This document shows, one piece after another, positions 47,354 to 56,138 of a stretch of DNA of 64,000 nt. The notes beneath the pieces are model-generated. The model searched no databases, had not been told where the DNA came from, and saw only the letters and a program-made list of their open reading frames with translations. The stretch's first letter is position 1; every line of letters begins with the position of its first letter. The stretch is from the IMG/VR virus record IMGVR_UViG_2585427754_000004; one strand, given 5' to 3'. Origin of the DNA: a virus. Lineage: Duplodnaviria; Heunggongvirae; Uroviricota; Caudoviricetes. The position numbers and the translations under genes are program-made.

Positions 47354-47826
47354 AGATGATCGCTGCTGTTGGCCGTAACTATGAGATCGGCATAGCGAAT
47401 GAACTCCCCTGGCGTTGTTCTACCGATCTGAAGCTATTTAAGAGACTCACCAAAAACGCCACTGTCGTTATGGGGCGTAAAACGATGGAAAGTCTCAAAC
47501 GCCCTCTTCCAGAGCGTCATAACCTCGTTTTGACGCGCTCTCATGGCTTTGTACCAAATGGATTCTACCCTGCTGGTGTGGATGATGTGTTGCGATTACC
47601 AGAGCCTGTGTGGGTGATTGGCGGGGAACAAATTTACTCGCTATTCATGCCGCATGTTGAAGAGATTTGGCTCTCCCACATCGGCGTTGATGTACCAAAC
47701 GCCGATGCATTCTTCCCGGCAAGCATGATGCGTAACTTAGGCTTTGTGCCTGTTGAAACAGCTTATACCCAACGAGCCAGCGAGGAAGAGCCTGGCTTTT
47801 CGCAGATCGTATACAGAAGGTCGTAA
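47350..47826 (+). CDS. Dihydrofolate reductase
   Basis: MIAAVGRNYEIGIANELPW ... VMGRKT ... VWVIGGEQIY matches the DHFR fold signature; 158 aa. Confidence 0.8.
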   Translation: MKMIAAVGRNYEIGIANELPWRCSTDLKLFKRLTKNATVVMGRKTMESLKRPLPERHNLVLTRSHGFVPNGFYPAGVDDVLRLPEPVWVIGGEQIYSLFMPHVEEIWLSHIGVDVPNADAFFPASMMRNLGFVPVETAYTQRASEEEPGFSQIVYRRS

Positions 47827-48470
47827 TGGATTACCGGATTGGGATCACTGGTGCTCAGGGCAGTGGGAAAACAACCCTGGCAAAATATATCGACAAACAT
47901 TACGGAATCCCTTACGTGGATGCTGGTGTCGGAAGTTTGATGAGCCGCCTCGGTGTTCGAGTAGGTGAGTCTATGCCTCTATATGAGCGGCTTCAGATTC
48001 AAATGGAAATAGCAAAGCATATAGAGCTACTTACGCGTGGTGTTGAAGGCTTTGTTATCGATCGCACACCTGCTGATGTTATGGCCTACACGTTGGATTT
48101 GGTCGGCCATACCAATGAAGATCGATGTATTGAGTTAGCCCTCGATATCGAAAAGTTTTGCCACAAAACTGCTATTTCAAACTTTAACGCCATTGCTGGC
48201 TTACGCCCGGGAGTCGCTCTCTCAGAGCGAGATTACTTGCGATCACAACGAGCATCATTAGACCGTCTGTATGTCGCTCGTATTGATGCGTTGATGTGCG
48301 GGGAACTGACAAAAATTCACCTGCATCCGCAAAGGGGGGATCTGCAAACCTTCGTCGTTTCCAACCGATATCGCACGGTTGAAGCAAGAGCCAGATCAGT
48401 GATGAGAATGCTAGATAACGCTGTAGAAAAGATAGAAAACCGGTTCTGTGGCCGAGTGACCGTTCATTAG
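47826..48470 (+). CDS. P-loop nucleotide kinase-like protein (dNMP kinase candidate)
   Basis: N-terminal Walker A GITGAQGSGKTT; sits in the nucleotide-metabolism block. Confidence 0.45.
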   Translation: MDYRIGITGAQGSGKTTLAKYIDKHYGIPYVDAGVGSLMSRLGVRVGESMPLYERLQIQMEIAKHIELLTRGVEGFVIDRTPADVMAYTLDLVGHTNEDRCIELALDIEKFCHKTAISNFNAIAGLRPGVALSERDYLRSQRASLDRLYVARIDALMCGELTKIHLHPQRGDLQTFVVSNRYRTVEARARSVMRMLDNAVEKIENRFCGRVTVH

Positions 48471-48531
48471 AAATTGTTCGCCTCTTCGACATTGCGACAA
48501 TAAAACTCTCAAAATGGGTTAAGGATAAAAA

Positions 48532-48951
48532 ATGTTTAGTGAAATGTTGCTTGAAGATGAACTGGATCGGAAAACAACAGAGGCTTTGATTCGTGTAGCG
48601 GACGAACATTCCCGGTCGCTTATGAGCGATCGAGAGGCTCGTCTGGCTATTCGTGCCATATTCGAAACTGCGCAGGGGCTTGTTGGCGCACAAGTAGGTG
48701 AAGCCATTAACATCGCCATGTCTCAGTTCAGTGAAGACAGTAAAAAGCCTCTGTTTCCTATGCATTTGATGCTGGCTGGTGGCACGGTGCTTTATATCTC
48801 TGTTTGTCTGGATAGCAACCAAATCAATATTCTCAACACTGCGTCAGGTAAGTGGAAAGATCCGATTGTCTGTGAAACCAGTGAAGAAACTTTGAAAAAA
48901 GCGGCTCAATTTGTACGTAGCGCACTACTTAAGGGCGCTAAGAAGTTGTAA
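48532..48951 (+). CDS. Hypothetical protein
   Basis: 139-aa ORF. Confidence 0.3.
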   Translation: MFSEMLLEDELDRKTTEALIRVADEHSRSLMSDREARLAIRAIFETAQGLVGAQVGEAINIAMSQFSEDSKKPLFPMHLMLAGGTVLYISVCLDSNQINILNTASGKWKDPIVCETSEETLKKAAQFVRSALLKGAKKL

Positions 48952-48960
48952 GGAGTTCTG

Positions 48961-49518
48961 ATGACAACGATTGTTGCAGGCATCGATATCGAGTCTACGG
49001 GACTGGATTTCCTTGCTGGTCATAAAATTATTGAAATCGCAATTACCCGCTATGAACTGGAGACACAGAGACATATTGATAGTCTGGAGATGCGTTTTAA
49101 CCCTCGCAGAAACATAGATCCGAAAGCTCAAGCCGTTCATGGCATTTCATTAGAACAGCTCGCAGCTGAACCTTTGTTGTCAAATCATGCCAGCGAAATT
49201 GGCGCTTATATGGGGGCATGTAGTGCGTGGATTGCTCATAACGGCGAAGCGTTTGATATACCATTTATTCGACACGAGTTTTCAGGGTATGGAGTAAGAC
49301 TGCCAGACGTTCCCGTTATAGATACTATGTTATCGGGATTGTGGGCCACAGAAGACGGTAAACGTCCTCGCCTTGAAGAGTTGGCCTTCTCTCTTGGCTT
49401 TATATACGATCATGCCAAAGCACATAGTGCCTTATATGACACAAACTTAATGATGCAATGCTTCTTTAAGGCACGTAATAAGTACGGATTTTTTAAATTA
49501 CCCTCTGAAATTGTGTAA
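48961..49518 (+). CDS. DnaQ-like 3'-5' exonuclease (DEDDh family), likely proofreading partner of DnaE
   Basis: Exo I GIDIESTGL, Exo II AHNGEAFDIPF, Exo III HSALYDT. Confidence 0.75.
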   Translation: MTTIVAGIDIESTGLDFLAGHKIIEIAITRYELETQRHIDSLEMRFNPRRNIDPKAQAVHGISLEQLAAEPLLSNHASEIGAYMGACSAWIAHNGEAFDIPFIRHEFSGYGVRLPDVPVIDTMLSGLWATEDGKRPRLEELAFSLGFIYDHAKAHSALYDTNLMMQCFFKARNKYGFFKLPSEIV

Positions 49519-49678
49519 AACAAAAGCCTACTTTAAAGAGAGTTTAAAGTAGGCTTTCTTTTAAAGAACAGCCGCCTTTCAATCATTTCCTGCCTGTATT
49601 TAATACTTTTCCGCCTGATAGGTTTAGTCAAAATGTAGCTATCGAAACGCAAATGTAACCAAGCAGAAGGAGACTTAC

Positions 49679-50488
49679 ATGAGTTCGGTTGAAAATGTAA
49701 TGACAAATGATGATCTGGACGAGCTGACAGCCATGTTGCAATCACTTGATGAACCAGTAAAAAAAGCCGCACAGGTTGAAAATACTGATGATATTGACGA
49801 TCTGCTGCTCGGCCTCGATGCTGGCGTAGCCATGAGTTCTGATGATGTTGCCGAAGAACTGTTCAATGAAGAAAAAGCAGGTGATTTCAGCTCTGCTTTA
49901 AATGAGTTGGAGTTAGCGCATGAGCCTATAAACGTAATTAACGCTGAAAGTGTTGAATCTGCCGAAAACGAGCCAGAACAATTGGGATTGATTGAGGTTG
50001 AAGAGTGTGTTGATGTTAATGATGAATTAAAAGTTCAACAGTCAAATGATAGCAACACAAATAAAAAAGCGCGTACTGCAAGAGGTCCTCGTTTTACTTT
50101 AAGTGATAAAGATGATTCGTTTTTCAATAAAGCAGGCTTAGAAACAGATATTTTCTTAGACGCTTACGAAAACGCGCCTGTCAAAGCAAAGGATAAGATA
50201 TTAAACCTTCTTAATTGGTTTAGCGGAGGTCCAGATATTAGTGTTTACACGGTAATTTCCATGAGACACCTTCTCACAGAAAAGAAGGCTACAAGTAATA
50301 GTATTAAGATTGCTTTAATGAGCAATCCAGAAAAACCGTATCCGCTTAACACTGCGTCAACTCAGGCTGGGCAAATGATGGCTGTATTTCCAGCGACAGG
50401 AATTGCCGTTAGAGACGGTGGAAATCTAACATTGAACGAAGAATCACCGATCGTTAAGAAGTTTGTAGCGGAGTACACTATTGGATGA
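49679..50488 (+). CDS. Highly acidic hypothetical protein
   Basis: N-terminal 120 aa dominated by Asp/Glu; 269 aa. Confidence 0.3.
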   Translation: MSSVENVMTNDDLDELTAMLQSLDEPVKKAAQVENTDDIDDLLLGLDAGVAMSSDDVAEELFNEEKAGDFSSALNELELAHEPINVINAESVESAENEPEQLGLIEVEECVDVNDELKVQQSNDSNTNKKARTARGPRFTLSDKDDSFFNKAGLETDIFLDAYENAPVKAKDKILNLLNWFSGGPDISVYTVISMRHLLTEKKATSNSIKIALMSNPEKPYPLNTASTQAGQMMAVFPATGIAVRDGGNLTLNEESPIVKKFVAEYTIG

Positions 50489-50671
50489 CGTCCCCCTACT
50501 GAAAATAAAGCCCATAGAGAGCTTTATAGTGCTGGGTAAGCCAATCACATATCCAGCACCACAAAAACGCGCCAGAGAGCTTCTCGTTTGCATTTCTGGC
50601 GCGTTTTATTTGATTGCCAGACATAAAATCAAATGCAAAAATAGGTAATCACTTACCTATCGAGAAAGACG

Positions 50672-51265
50672 ATGATTGCAGCCGAAAAAATCAAACAGCG
50701 AAAGCGCGACAACTCTCTTCGTGACCTCTGGAGAACACCTGACTGGCTGTTTTCTGCCATTCAACGTTATCTTGGAGTGACATTTGATGTTGACGTTGCC
50801 TGCAACAAGGACAATGCGAAGCTGCCTAATTTCATAGGCGTTGAGCGTGATGCTTTGAAATCTGAATGGGGACAGCCAGGTACAATTGCCTTCCTCAATC
50901 CACCCTACTCCAAAATCTCCCCCTGGATTGATGCGGCTATACGTGAGCAGGCTCGCGGAGTTACAACAGTGATGCTAATTCCTCAATCCCTCGATACAAA
51001 GTGGTATGAGCGTGCAACAGAGTGTGCGAATGAGACGATTATTCTGTCTGGTGGCCGCGTAGCGTTTGTCGAGCCTGACGTCAATTTGGGTCAGGTAGAA
51101 GTAAACATCAACCCCGGTGGCAGTATGCTCGTTGTTTTTCGAGGATTTTGTCAGGACGCTGGGCACTCTATAAGCAAGATCCCTTTGGATGTCATGAAAA
51201 GTCTGGGAGGGTATGATCCTGCGAATGTGATCAGGAAAAAAAGACCATCAAAGAAGGCTGCTTAG
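50672..51265 (+). CDS. Small phage-type DNA N6-adenine methyltransferase
   Basis: Motif IV NPPYS in a roughly 190-aa protein. Confidence 0.55.
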   Translation: MIAAEKIKQRKRDNSLRDLWRTPDWLFSAIQRYLGVTFDVDVACNKDNAKLPNFIGVERDALKSEWGQPGTIAFLNPPYSKISPWIDAAIREQARGVTTVMLIPQSLDTKWYERATECANETIILSGGRVAFVEPDVNLGQVEVNINPGGSMLVVFRGFCQDAGHSISKIPLDVMKSLGGYDPANVIRKKRPSKKAA

Positions 51266-51286
51266 TTTGTTCTGGCGTCTGTAATT

Positions 51287-51345
51287 AGCCTGCTTCTGTA
51301 TATATAAATAACTACATATTAATTATTAATATACGGAAGCAGGCT
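51287..51345. repeat. AT-rich palindromic element, copy 2 (also a likely terminator)
   Basis: AGCCTGCTTCTGTATATA ... TATACGGAAGCAGGCT followed by TGTTTTA; near-identical arms to the element at 6018..6075. Confidence 0.6.
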
Positions 51346-51427
51346 GTTTTATATCAGAGACTCCCAGACCTGAACACCACTACAGAATCCACTAGAACCC
51401 CTTCCCAGACGCTTTAAAATCGATTTT

Positions 51428-51682
51428 ATGAACCACTTTAAGGAAACCAACATGTCATACCCGACTAATGTCGTTGCGCTCGTAGAGAGCGATTTTCTGG
51501 CCCAGGCTCGTGAAATGATGAAAGATCGTGAGCAGGCTTTCAACTTGTACGAGTGGGCAATTAAGTGCTTACATCTTGGCGAGCATCGCGAACTTGTTGA
51601 ACAGCTTTTAGGTGAGTTGATCAATGAGGTGTTTGCCTTGAATGTTCAACTACATGGTCGAGAAAATAATCAATCACAATGA
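51428..51682 (+). CDS. Hypothetical protein
   Basis: 84-aa ORF preceded by GGAAACC. Confidence 0.3.
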   Translation: MNHFKETNMSYPTNVVALVESDFLAQAREMMKDREQAFNLYEWAIKCLHLGEHRELVEQLLGELINEVFALNVQLHGRENNQSQ

Positions 51683-52263
51683 TAGATAAGTACAAACTAT
51701 TCATAAAGTGAATTGTAAGTGCTAAGATCTGATAGTTTCCAGTCGTAGACTGGAGGCTCGACCTGATGGGTGGGGGTAAGCGTCACTGGCGTCAGGTTTA
51801 AAAAAGCTCACTACCAGCGTAGAACCGGTGCCGTATAGGTGTCGGGGAAGGGGGAACCAAAGTGAGCAGAGACAAGGGTCACTTTATGATTGTCGAGTCT
51901 GGGGTGTTTCGAGAGGTTGAATCCAGTACTCCCCTTCATAAAGTGTGGGAAGATCTCGGTTCTGGGGTGCTGTCATCCATAACTTCCCAAGTCTAAGCTG
52001 GCAGTAGACTTAGACCATAGCTTTTCAGGTTATGAAACGACCAGGTTGGTGAGGAATTTTATACTCACCTCCCTGGGAGAGTATTACCTGAAAAGACAAC
52101 CTCTCACTTCGTTCGAGGTGAACTTCACTCACTTCGTTCGTTCAGTTCAGGTTTATAAAAACCTGTTCTGGGAAGTAATTTGTTTATTTTAATAATTATT
52201 AACACGCACGCGTGTGCGCACGCGCGAGGAAAAATCGGCGCGGCGCTTGATTCAGGAGTTTAT
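51683..52263. other. 580-bp non-coding region with G-rich blocks, a 13-bp direct repeat and an alternating GC palindrome
   Basis: No convincing ORF. CTCACTTCGTTCG at 52103 and 52128; ACACGCACGCGTGTGCGCACGCGCG at 52201..52229; GTCTGGGG repeats. Confidence 0.4.
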
Positions 52264-52854
52264 ATGACGACGAAGACACCAGCCCGATCGCAAGCAAAAA
52301 CTCGCAAAAAAGACAAAAACAAAAATTCTCCCCGCACCAATCCCACAACGCCTGTCGTAGAGTTCAATCCCCAGCTCAAAACCGTGAAAATCTTTAGTGA
52401 TGGCTCTTGCCTTAAAAATCCGGGTGGCCCGGGCGGTTACGGTATCGTTCTCCAGTATCGTGGTGAGGAACGCGAGTTCTCAGATGGTTTTCATAGCACC
52501 ACCAATAACCGCATGGAGATGATGGGGGCACTTATCGGGCTGGAGCGTTTGAAATATCCATGCAACGTTATTTTGCACTCTGATAGCCAGTATCTGAAAA
52601 ACGGCATGACACAGTGGATGAAATGGTGGAAACGCAATGGATGGATGACTTCTGACAAAAAACCGGTAAAGAATGTTGATCTGTGGAAGCGTCTGGATGA
52701 GGCCGCAAGTCGACATAATGTTCGCTGGAAGTGGGTTAAAGGTCACGCCGGGCATCGTGAAAATGAAATATGTGATCGACTCGCGAAGATCGCAGCTTTT
52801 TCAGCAGCAGATATGCCTCACAAGAAAGATATTGGTTTTGTTTATAACAAATAG
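52264..52854 (+). CDS. rnhA: Ribonuclease HI
   Basis: FSDGSC ... GGPGGYG ... HSDSQY ... [18 protein letters not shown] matches RNase H catalytic motifs. Start at MTTKT; ORF track begins at 52180. Confidence 0.8.
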   Translation: MTTKTPARSQAKTRKKDKNKNSPRTNPTTPVVEFNPQLKTVKIFSDGSCLKNPGGPGGYGIVLQYRGEEREFSDGFHSTTNNRMEMMGALIGLERLKYPCNVILHSDSQYLKNGMTQWMKWWKRNGWMTSDKKPVKNVDLWKRLDEAASRHNVRWKWVKGHAGHRENEICDRLAKIAAFSAADMPHKKDIGFVYNK

Positions 52855-53002
52855 TAAGTAAGTGTTTACCTATCATTTTAAATCATGTATCTTATCGGCG
52901 TCAGGATGACAATGTGTCGGTAAGACACAGTTCCAGGATGGAACGAGAAAGGCGGCTGGCAATCGCCAGCCGCAACTCTTTCTGACACTGGATGGAGTCC
53001 AC

Positions 53003-53497
53003 ATGGCACGTCAAACCTATTTCACTTCTGCAACTAAACGTCCTCGTTCACTACGTCAAATTTTGGCCGAATTATTTAGCGGTCGTGTTCTGTCACGTCT
53101 TGATGAACTGGAGACTACCGTTCGGTTGCTGAATGAACGTTTAGATAAGCAAGCGTCAGTTGTTGCGAACGTGGGGGCGATTGTTACCTCTGGTTCTTCA
53201 CACCAAGCGAAAAATGCACGGCCTTTAGTGAAGGAGAAAAACAACAAGGACAGTTCGAATGGAAAATTTTCAAAGAAAGAGGCTGAAACCAATGGCCTAC
53301 GTTCTCATTATAGTTTCACTGGCGACGGTAGCTGTTCCAGCCGGCCAGAGCCTTTTGATGCCGGATTCATCCATCACCACACCTCCGTCGACGACAATTA
53401 CCACCACTCCAGTAGAGCGTCCTGTCACTCTGGATGGGATGACGGTGGATGCGATACCTCAATTTCATCCAGTTACTCAGGATCATGTTGTGACTAA
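53003..53497 (+). CDS. Hypothetical protein (frame conflict with 53292..53510)
   Basis: N-terminal 90 aa look coiled-coil; C-terminal part is Ser/Cys/His-rich and overlaps a second frame that encodes a signal-peptide protein. Confidence 0.25.
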   Translation: MARQTYFTSATKRPRSLRQILAELFSGRVLSRLDELETTVRLLNERLDKQASVVANVGAIVTSGSSHQAKNARPLVKEKNNKDSSNGKFSKKEAETNGLRSHYSFTGDGSCSSRPEPFDAGFIHHHTSVDDNYHHSSRASCHSGWDDGGCDTSISSSYSGSCCD

Positions 53498-53506
53498 GGC
53501 GGTTGT

Positions 53507-53695
53507 ATGAACTTGTTTTCAAATCACTTTGGAAAAATTTGGCTGGCAATTCTGGCCCTCATGGCCGCCGGTTGGGTATCGAACATTATAAAACTTGTTT
53601 GCTCTGGCGATCTCCAGTTTCAGGCTGGCATGACCTTGGCTCGTGTAGTTGGGGTTTTTGTTTTTCCAGTCGGTTCGGTACTTGGTTATTTCTGA
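53507..53695 (+). CDS. Small membrane protein
   Basis: 62 aa, two hydrophobic segments. Confidence 0.3.
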   Translation: MNLFSNHFGKIWLAILALMAAGWVSNIIKLVCSGDLQFQAGMTLARVVGVFVFPVGSVLGYF

Positions 53696-53788
53696 CGGCT
53701 GTTAGTGCATATGCATTGACCATCTTTGCGTAAGCAATTTATGAAACTATAAAACAACTTGTTTTGACAAATAACAAAAGGAAAACAC

Positions 53789-54214
53789 ATGTTAGGTTTC
53801 TTCAAAAAGAAAACTCGTAAAGCTGTTATCGAAGTCAAAAAAATGGAGAACCGTGATGCGGTTGAGGCCACCGTGTGGGGCGCGTACATGATCTCCTATG
53901 CCGACGGCACATGTGACGCAAAAGAAATTGCCATTCTTGAGAAGACAATTGCAGCTCTGCCTGCGTTTTCTCCGTTTGCTGGTGAAATTGCCCAAATGAG
54001 CGCCAATATCCGTGCTCGTTACGAAGCGTCCCCTCGTTCTGCTAATGCACAGGCTATTCGTGAGCTGTCTGATATTGCGGGTACTCCAGAGGCGGTCGAT
54101 GTTCTGTGTCTGTGCCTTGATATTGCCGATCAGGACGGCATTGGCGAACAAGAAGAGCAGGCACTTAAAAAGATCGCCCAGGCGCTTCAGTTGTCACTGG
54201 ATGCTTATCTCTAA
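53789..54214 (+). CDS. TerB-like domain protein
   Basis: MLGFFKKK ... ISYADGTCDAKEIAILEK ... CLCLDIADQDGIGEQEEQALKKIA follows the TerB two-repeat pattern; conserved upstream motif. Confidence 0.45.
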   Translation: MLGFFKKKTRKAVIEVKKMENRDAVEATVWGAYMISYADGTCDAKEIAILEKTIAALPAFSPFAGEIAQMSANIRARYEASPRSANAQAIRELSDIAGTPEAVDVLCLCLDIADQDGIGEQEEQALKKIAQALQLSLDAYL

Positions 54215-54374
54215 TGCTTGAGAGATTCCGGCTTGTGATCGTCATTGCTCTTCTGGTGATGGCGGTGTTGGTGGATTTTACGGGAAAGATGATGTCTGTC
54301 ATTTCTGATGGCGTCCTCATTGGTCTGGCGATCTACTTCGCTTATCCGCTAGTCCGTAAAGCAACGTGTTAATG

Positions 54375-54403
54375 ACAAGGGCCAAATGGCCCTTGTGTTT
54401 CGT
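54375..54403 (+). terminator. Rho-independent terminator
   Basis: ACAAGGGCC-aaat-GGCCCTTGT followed by GTTTCGTT. Confidence 0.6.
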
Positions 54404-54511
54404 TGACCGAAATAGAGAGTTTGCACCTTTACGTTTAGCTTGCTCCCCTTTTATGCCACATCACAATAAAGCCAATAAGAAAACAACTTGTTTAAGCATT
54501 AGGAAAAACAC

Positions 54512-55081
54512 ATGTGCAAGAAATGCAAAGCGATAGCTGATGAACAAAACGCCTTATTCGAAGAAATGGATGCTAATGAACTGGTCAAAATGTTAGCCAT
54601 TCTTCGAGGAATAGAAGACGTTTCCATATTTGAGAGAGTGGTTACAGCACTTAATTTTGAGTCCACCTTTGAAGAGCCAACTCAGGTTGTAGCTTTAGCA
54701 CATCATTTCGGTGTTCATTATCTTGCTGAAAAAGAGCGCGCTGATAAGTTGCAGGCGACTTTGGATATGGTGAGCGAGACTCAACGAACTGATGACACTA
54801 ACAAGAGTGAGGCGATTATTGCCAGCAAAGATCGTGAAATTGCTGGGCTTAAATCCTCTCTAACGATGTTGATGTCTGCGTTCAATCTTATGTCTTCTCA
54901 GGCGGGTTATAAAATGCCATCACTAAACAGCGATGATCCGATGGCCGTTCGTCAGCTTTTGGGAGCAATGGCCGACCAACTCGACGACACAAAGAGTCGG
55001 CTTGAAGACATGATGCGTGAGTTAAGCCATCGACATAACCTCGCAACACAGCCACACAAAGCCTTTCAAAGCTCTAATTGA
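54512..55081 (+). CDS. Hypothetical protein
   Basis: 189-aa ORF with conserved upstream motif. Confidence 0.35.
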   Translation: MCKKCKAIADEQNALFEEMDANELVKMLAILRGIEDVSIFERVVTALNFESTFEEPTQVVALAHHFGVHYLAEKERADKLQATLDMVSETQRTDDTNKSEAIIASKDREIAGLKSSLTMLMSAFNLMSSQAGYKMPSLNSDDPMAVRQLLGAMADQLDDTKSRLEDMMRELSHRHNLATQPHKAFQSSN

Positions 55082-55136
55082 TCTGATATGGCCGCATGAT
55101 CGGCCATATTGTGTTGATAAAAAACAAGGATGAAAA

Positions 55137-55418
55137 ATGGCATACGGTACAGGGATTTACAACAATAAAGGAATTAACGTTACTGGCTTCCTTACTCCTA
55201 TTTTTTTTCTTGATCGATTTACTGCGTCATCAGGCTCTAAGACGTACTCCAATCCGCCACCGGGTAAATCGCTACATGCCGTGTGGTCATTGATGCCTCT
55301 TAACAACGACAACTACATTAATTTACCTGTTCCAACAGTTACTATTAATGGAAATACGGTTAGTTGGTCAAATTTATATACGGGGCTTGGTTCTTACATA
55401 TACACATACTGGGGATAA
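55137..55418 (+). CDS. Hypothetical protein in low-GC segment (contains T8 tract)
   Basis: 93-aa ORF; T8 at 55201..55208; 3' end overlaps the next ORF by 55 nt. Confidence 0.3.
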   Translation: MAYGTGIYNNKGINVTGFLTPIFFLDRFTASSGSKTYSNPPPGKSLHAVWSLMPLNNDNYINLPVPTVTINGNTVSWSNLYTGLGSYIYTYWG

Positions 55419-56035
55419 TTATGTTCGGGATGTCAATTACTCAATCAGATGGAAGTTTGTGGATGAGTCCAGAATTTACTCCGCAAAATCTGATTAATAA
55501 AGGGACAATGTCTACATCTAAAGGTTCTGTTTTTCAAACATCAATCCCATCAAACAAATCATGTTTTTTTTTCATAAAAAGCAGTAATAAGGCGAACATG
55601 ATGTTTATTCATGAGCATAGTAACGGATACAATGCTCTCAGATTGCATCAGGTAAATGGTAGCCCCGGAACAATAACAGTTTATGCTTTTTCTGATATGG
55701 TGTTACCACATTCTGGCTATGGCATTGCCATGTATAACAGCGCAGGCGCAATGGTGTATCACGGTGAGATGATGCCCCTTGATGCGAAACTTATCACTAT
55801 TTCTGACCCTCAATTTACAATAGATATGGGGTATCCATGTGCGGTAATGCCTGCTATGGTTGGGGTATATAACTATAGACGAACCGATTACGACAGACCT
55901 GTCTATGTAACAATGACAGGTGCAACTGGAAACCAAGTATATAACGGTCAATGGTATTCCGGTAATGTCACATGGGATATTAAGAAGATTTATACAAACA
56001 AAATTCTGGTGATAAATACCTCCAAGTATGATTAG
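55364..56035 (+). CDS. Hypothetical aromatic-rich protein in low-GC segment (contains T9 tract)
   Basis: 223-aa ORF; T9 at 55564..55572 encodes CFFF. Confidence 0.35.
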   Translation: MVKFIYGAWFLHIHILGIIMFGMSITQSDGSLWMSPEFTPQNLINKGTMSTSKGSVFQTSIPSNKSCFFFIKSSNKANMMFIHEHSNGYNALRLHQVNGSPGTITVYAFSDMVLPHSGYGIAMYNSAGAMVYHGEMMPLDAKLITISDPQFTIDMGYPCAVMPAMVGVYNYRRTDYDRPVYVTMTGATGNQVYNGQWYSGNVTWDIKKIYTNKILVINTSKYD

Positions 56036-56138
56036 CCAATGCCTTTATTTGAACGATTGCCTGTTTATTTCTATTTAGTACCTTTTCATTTTTGAAATAA
56101 TTGCACCATTAAACAAATCACTTCTTAATGGTGCAATT

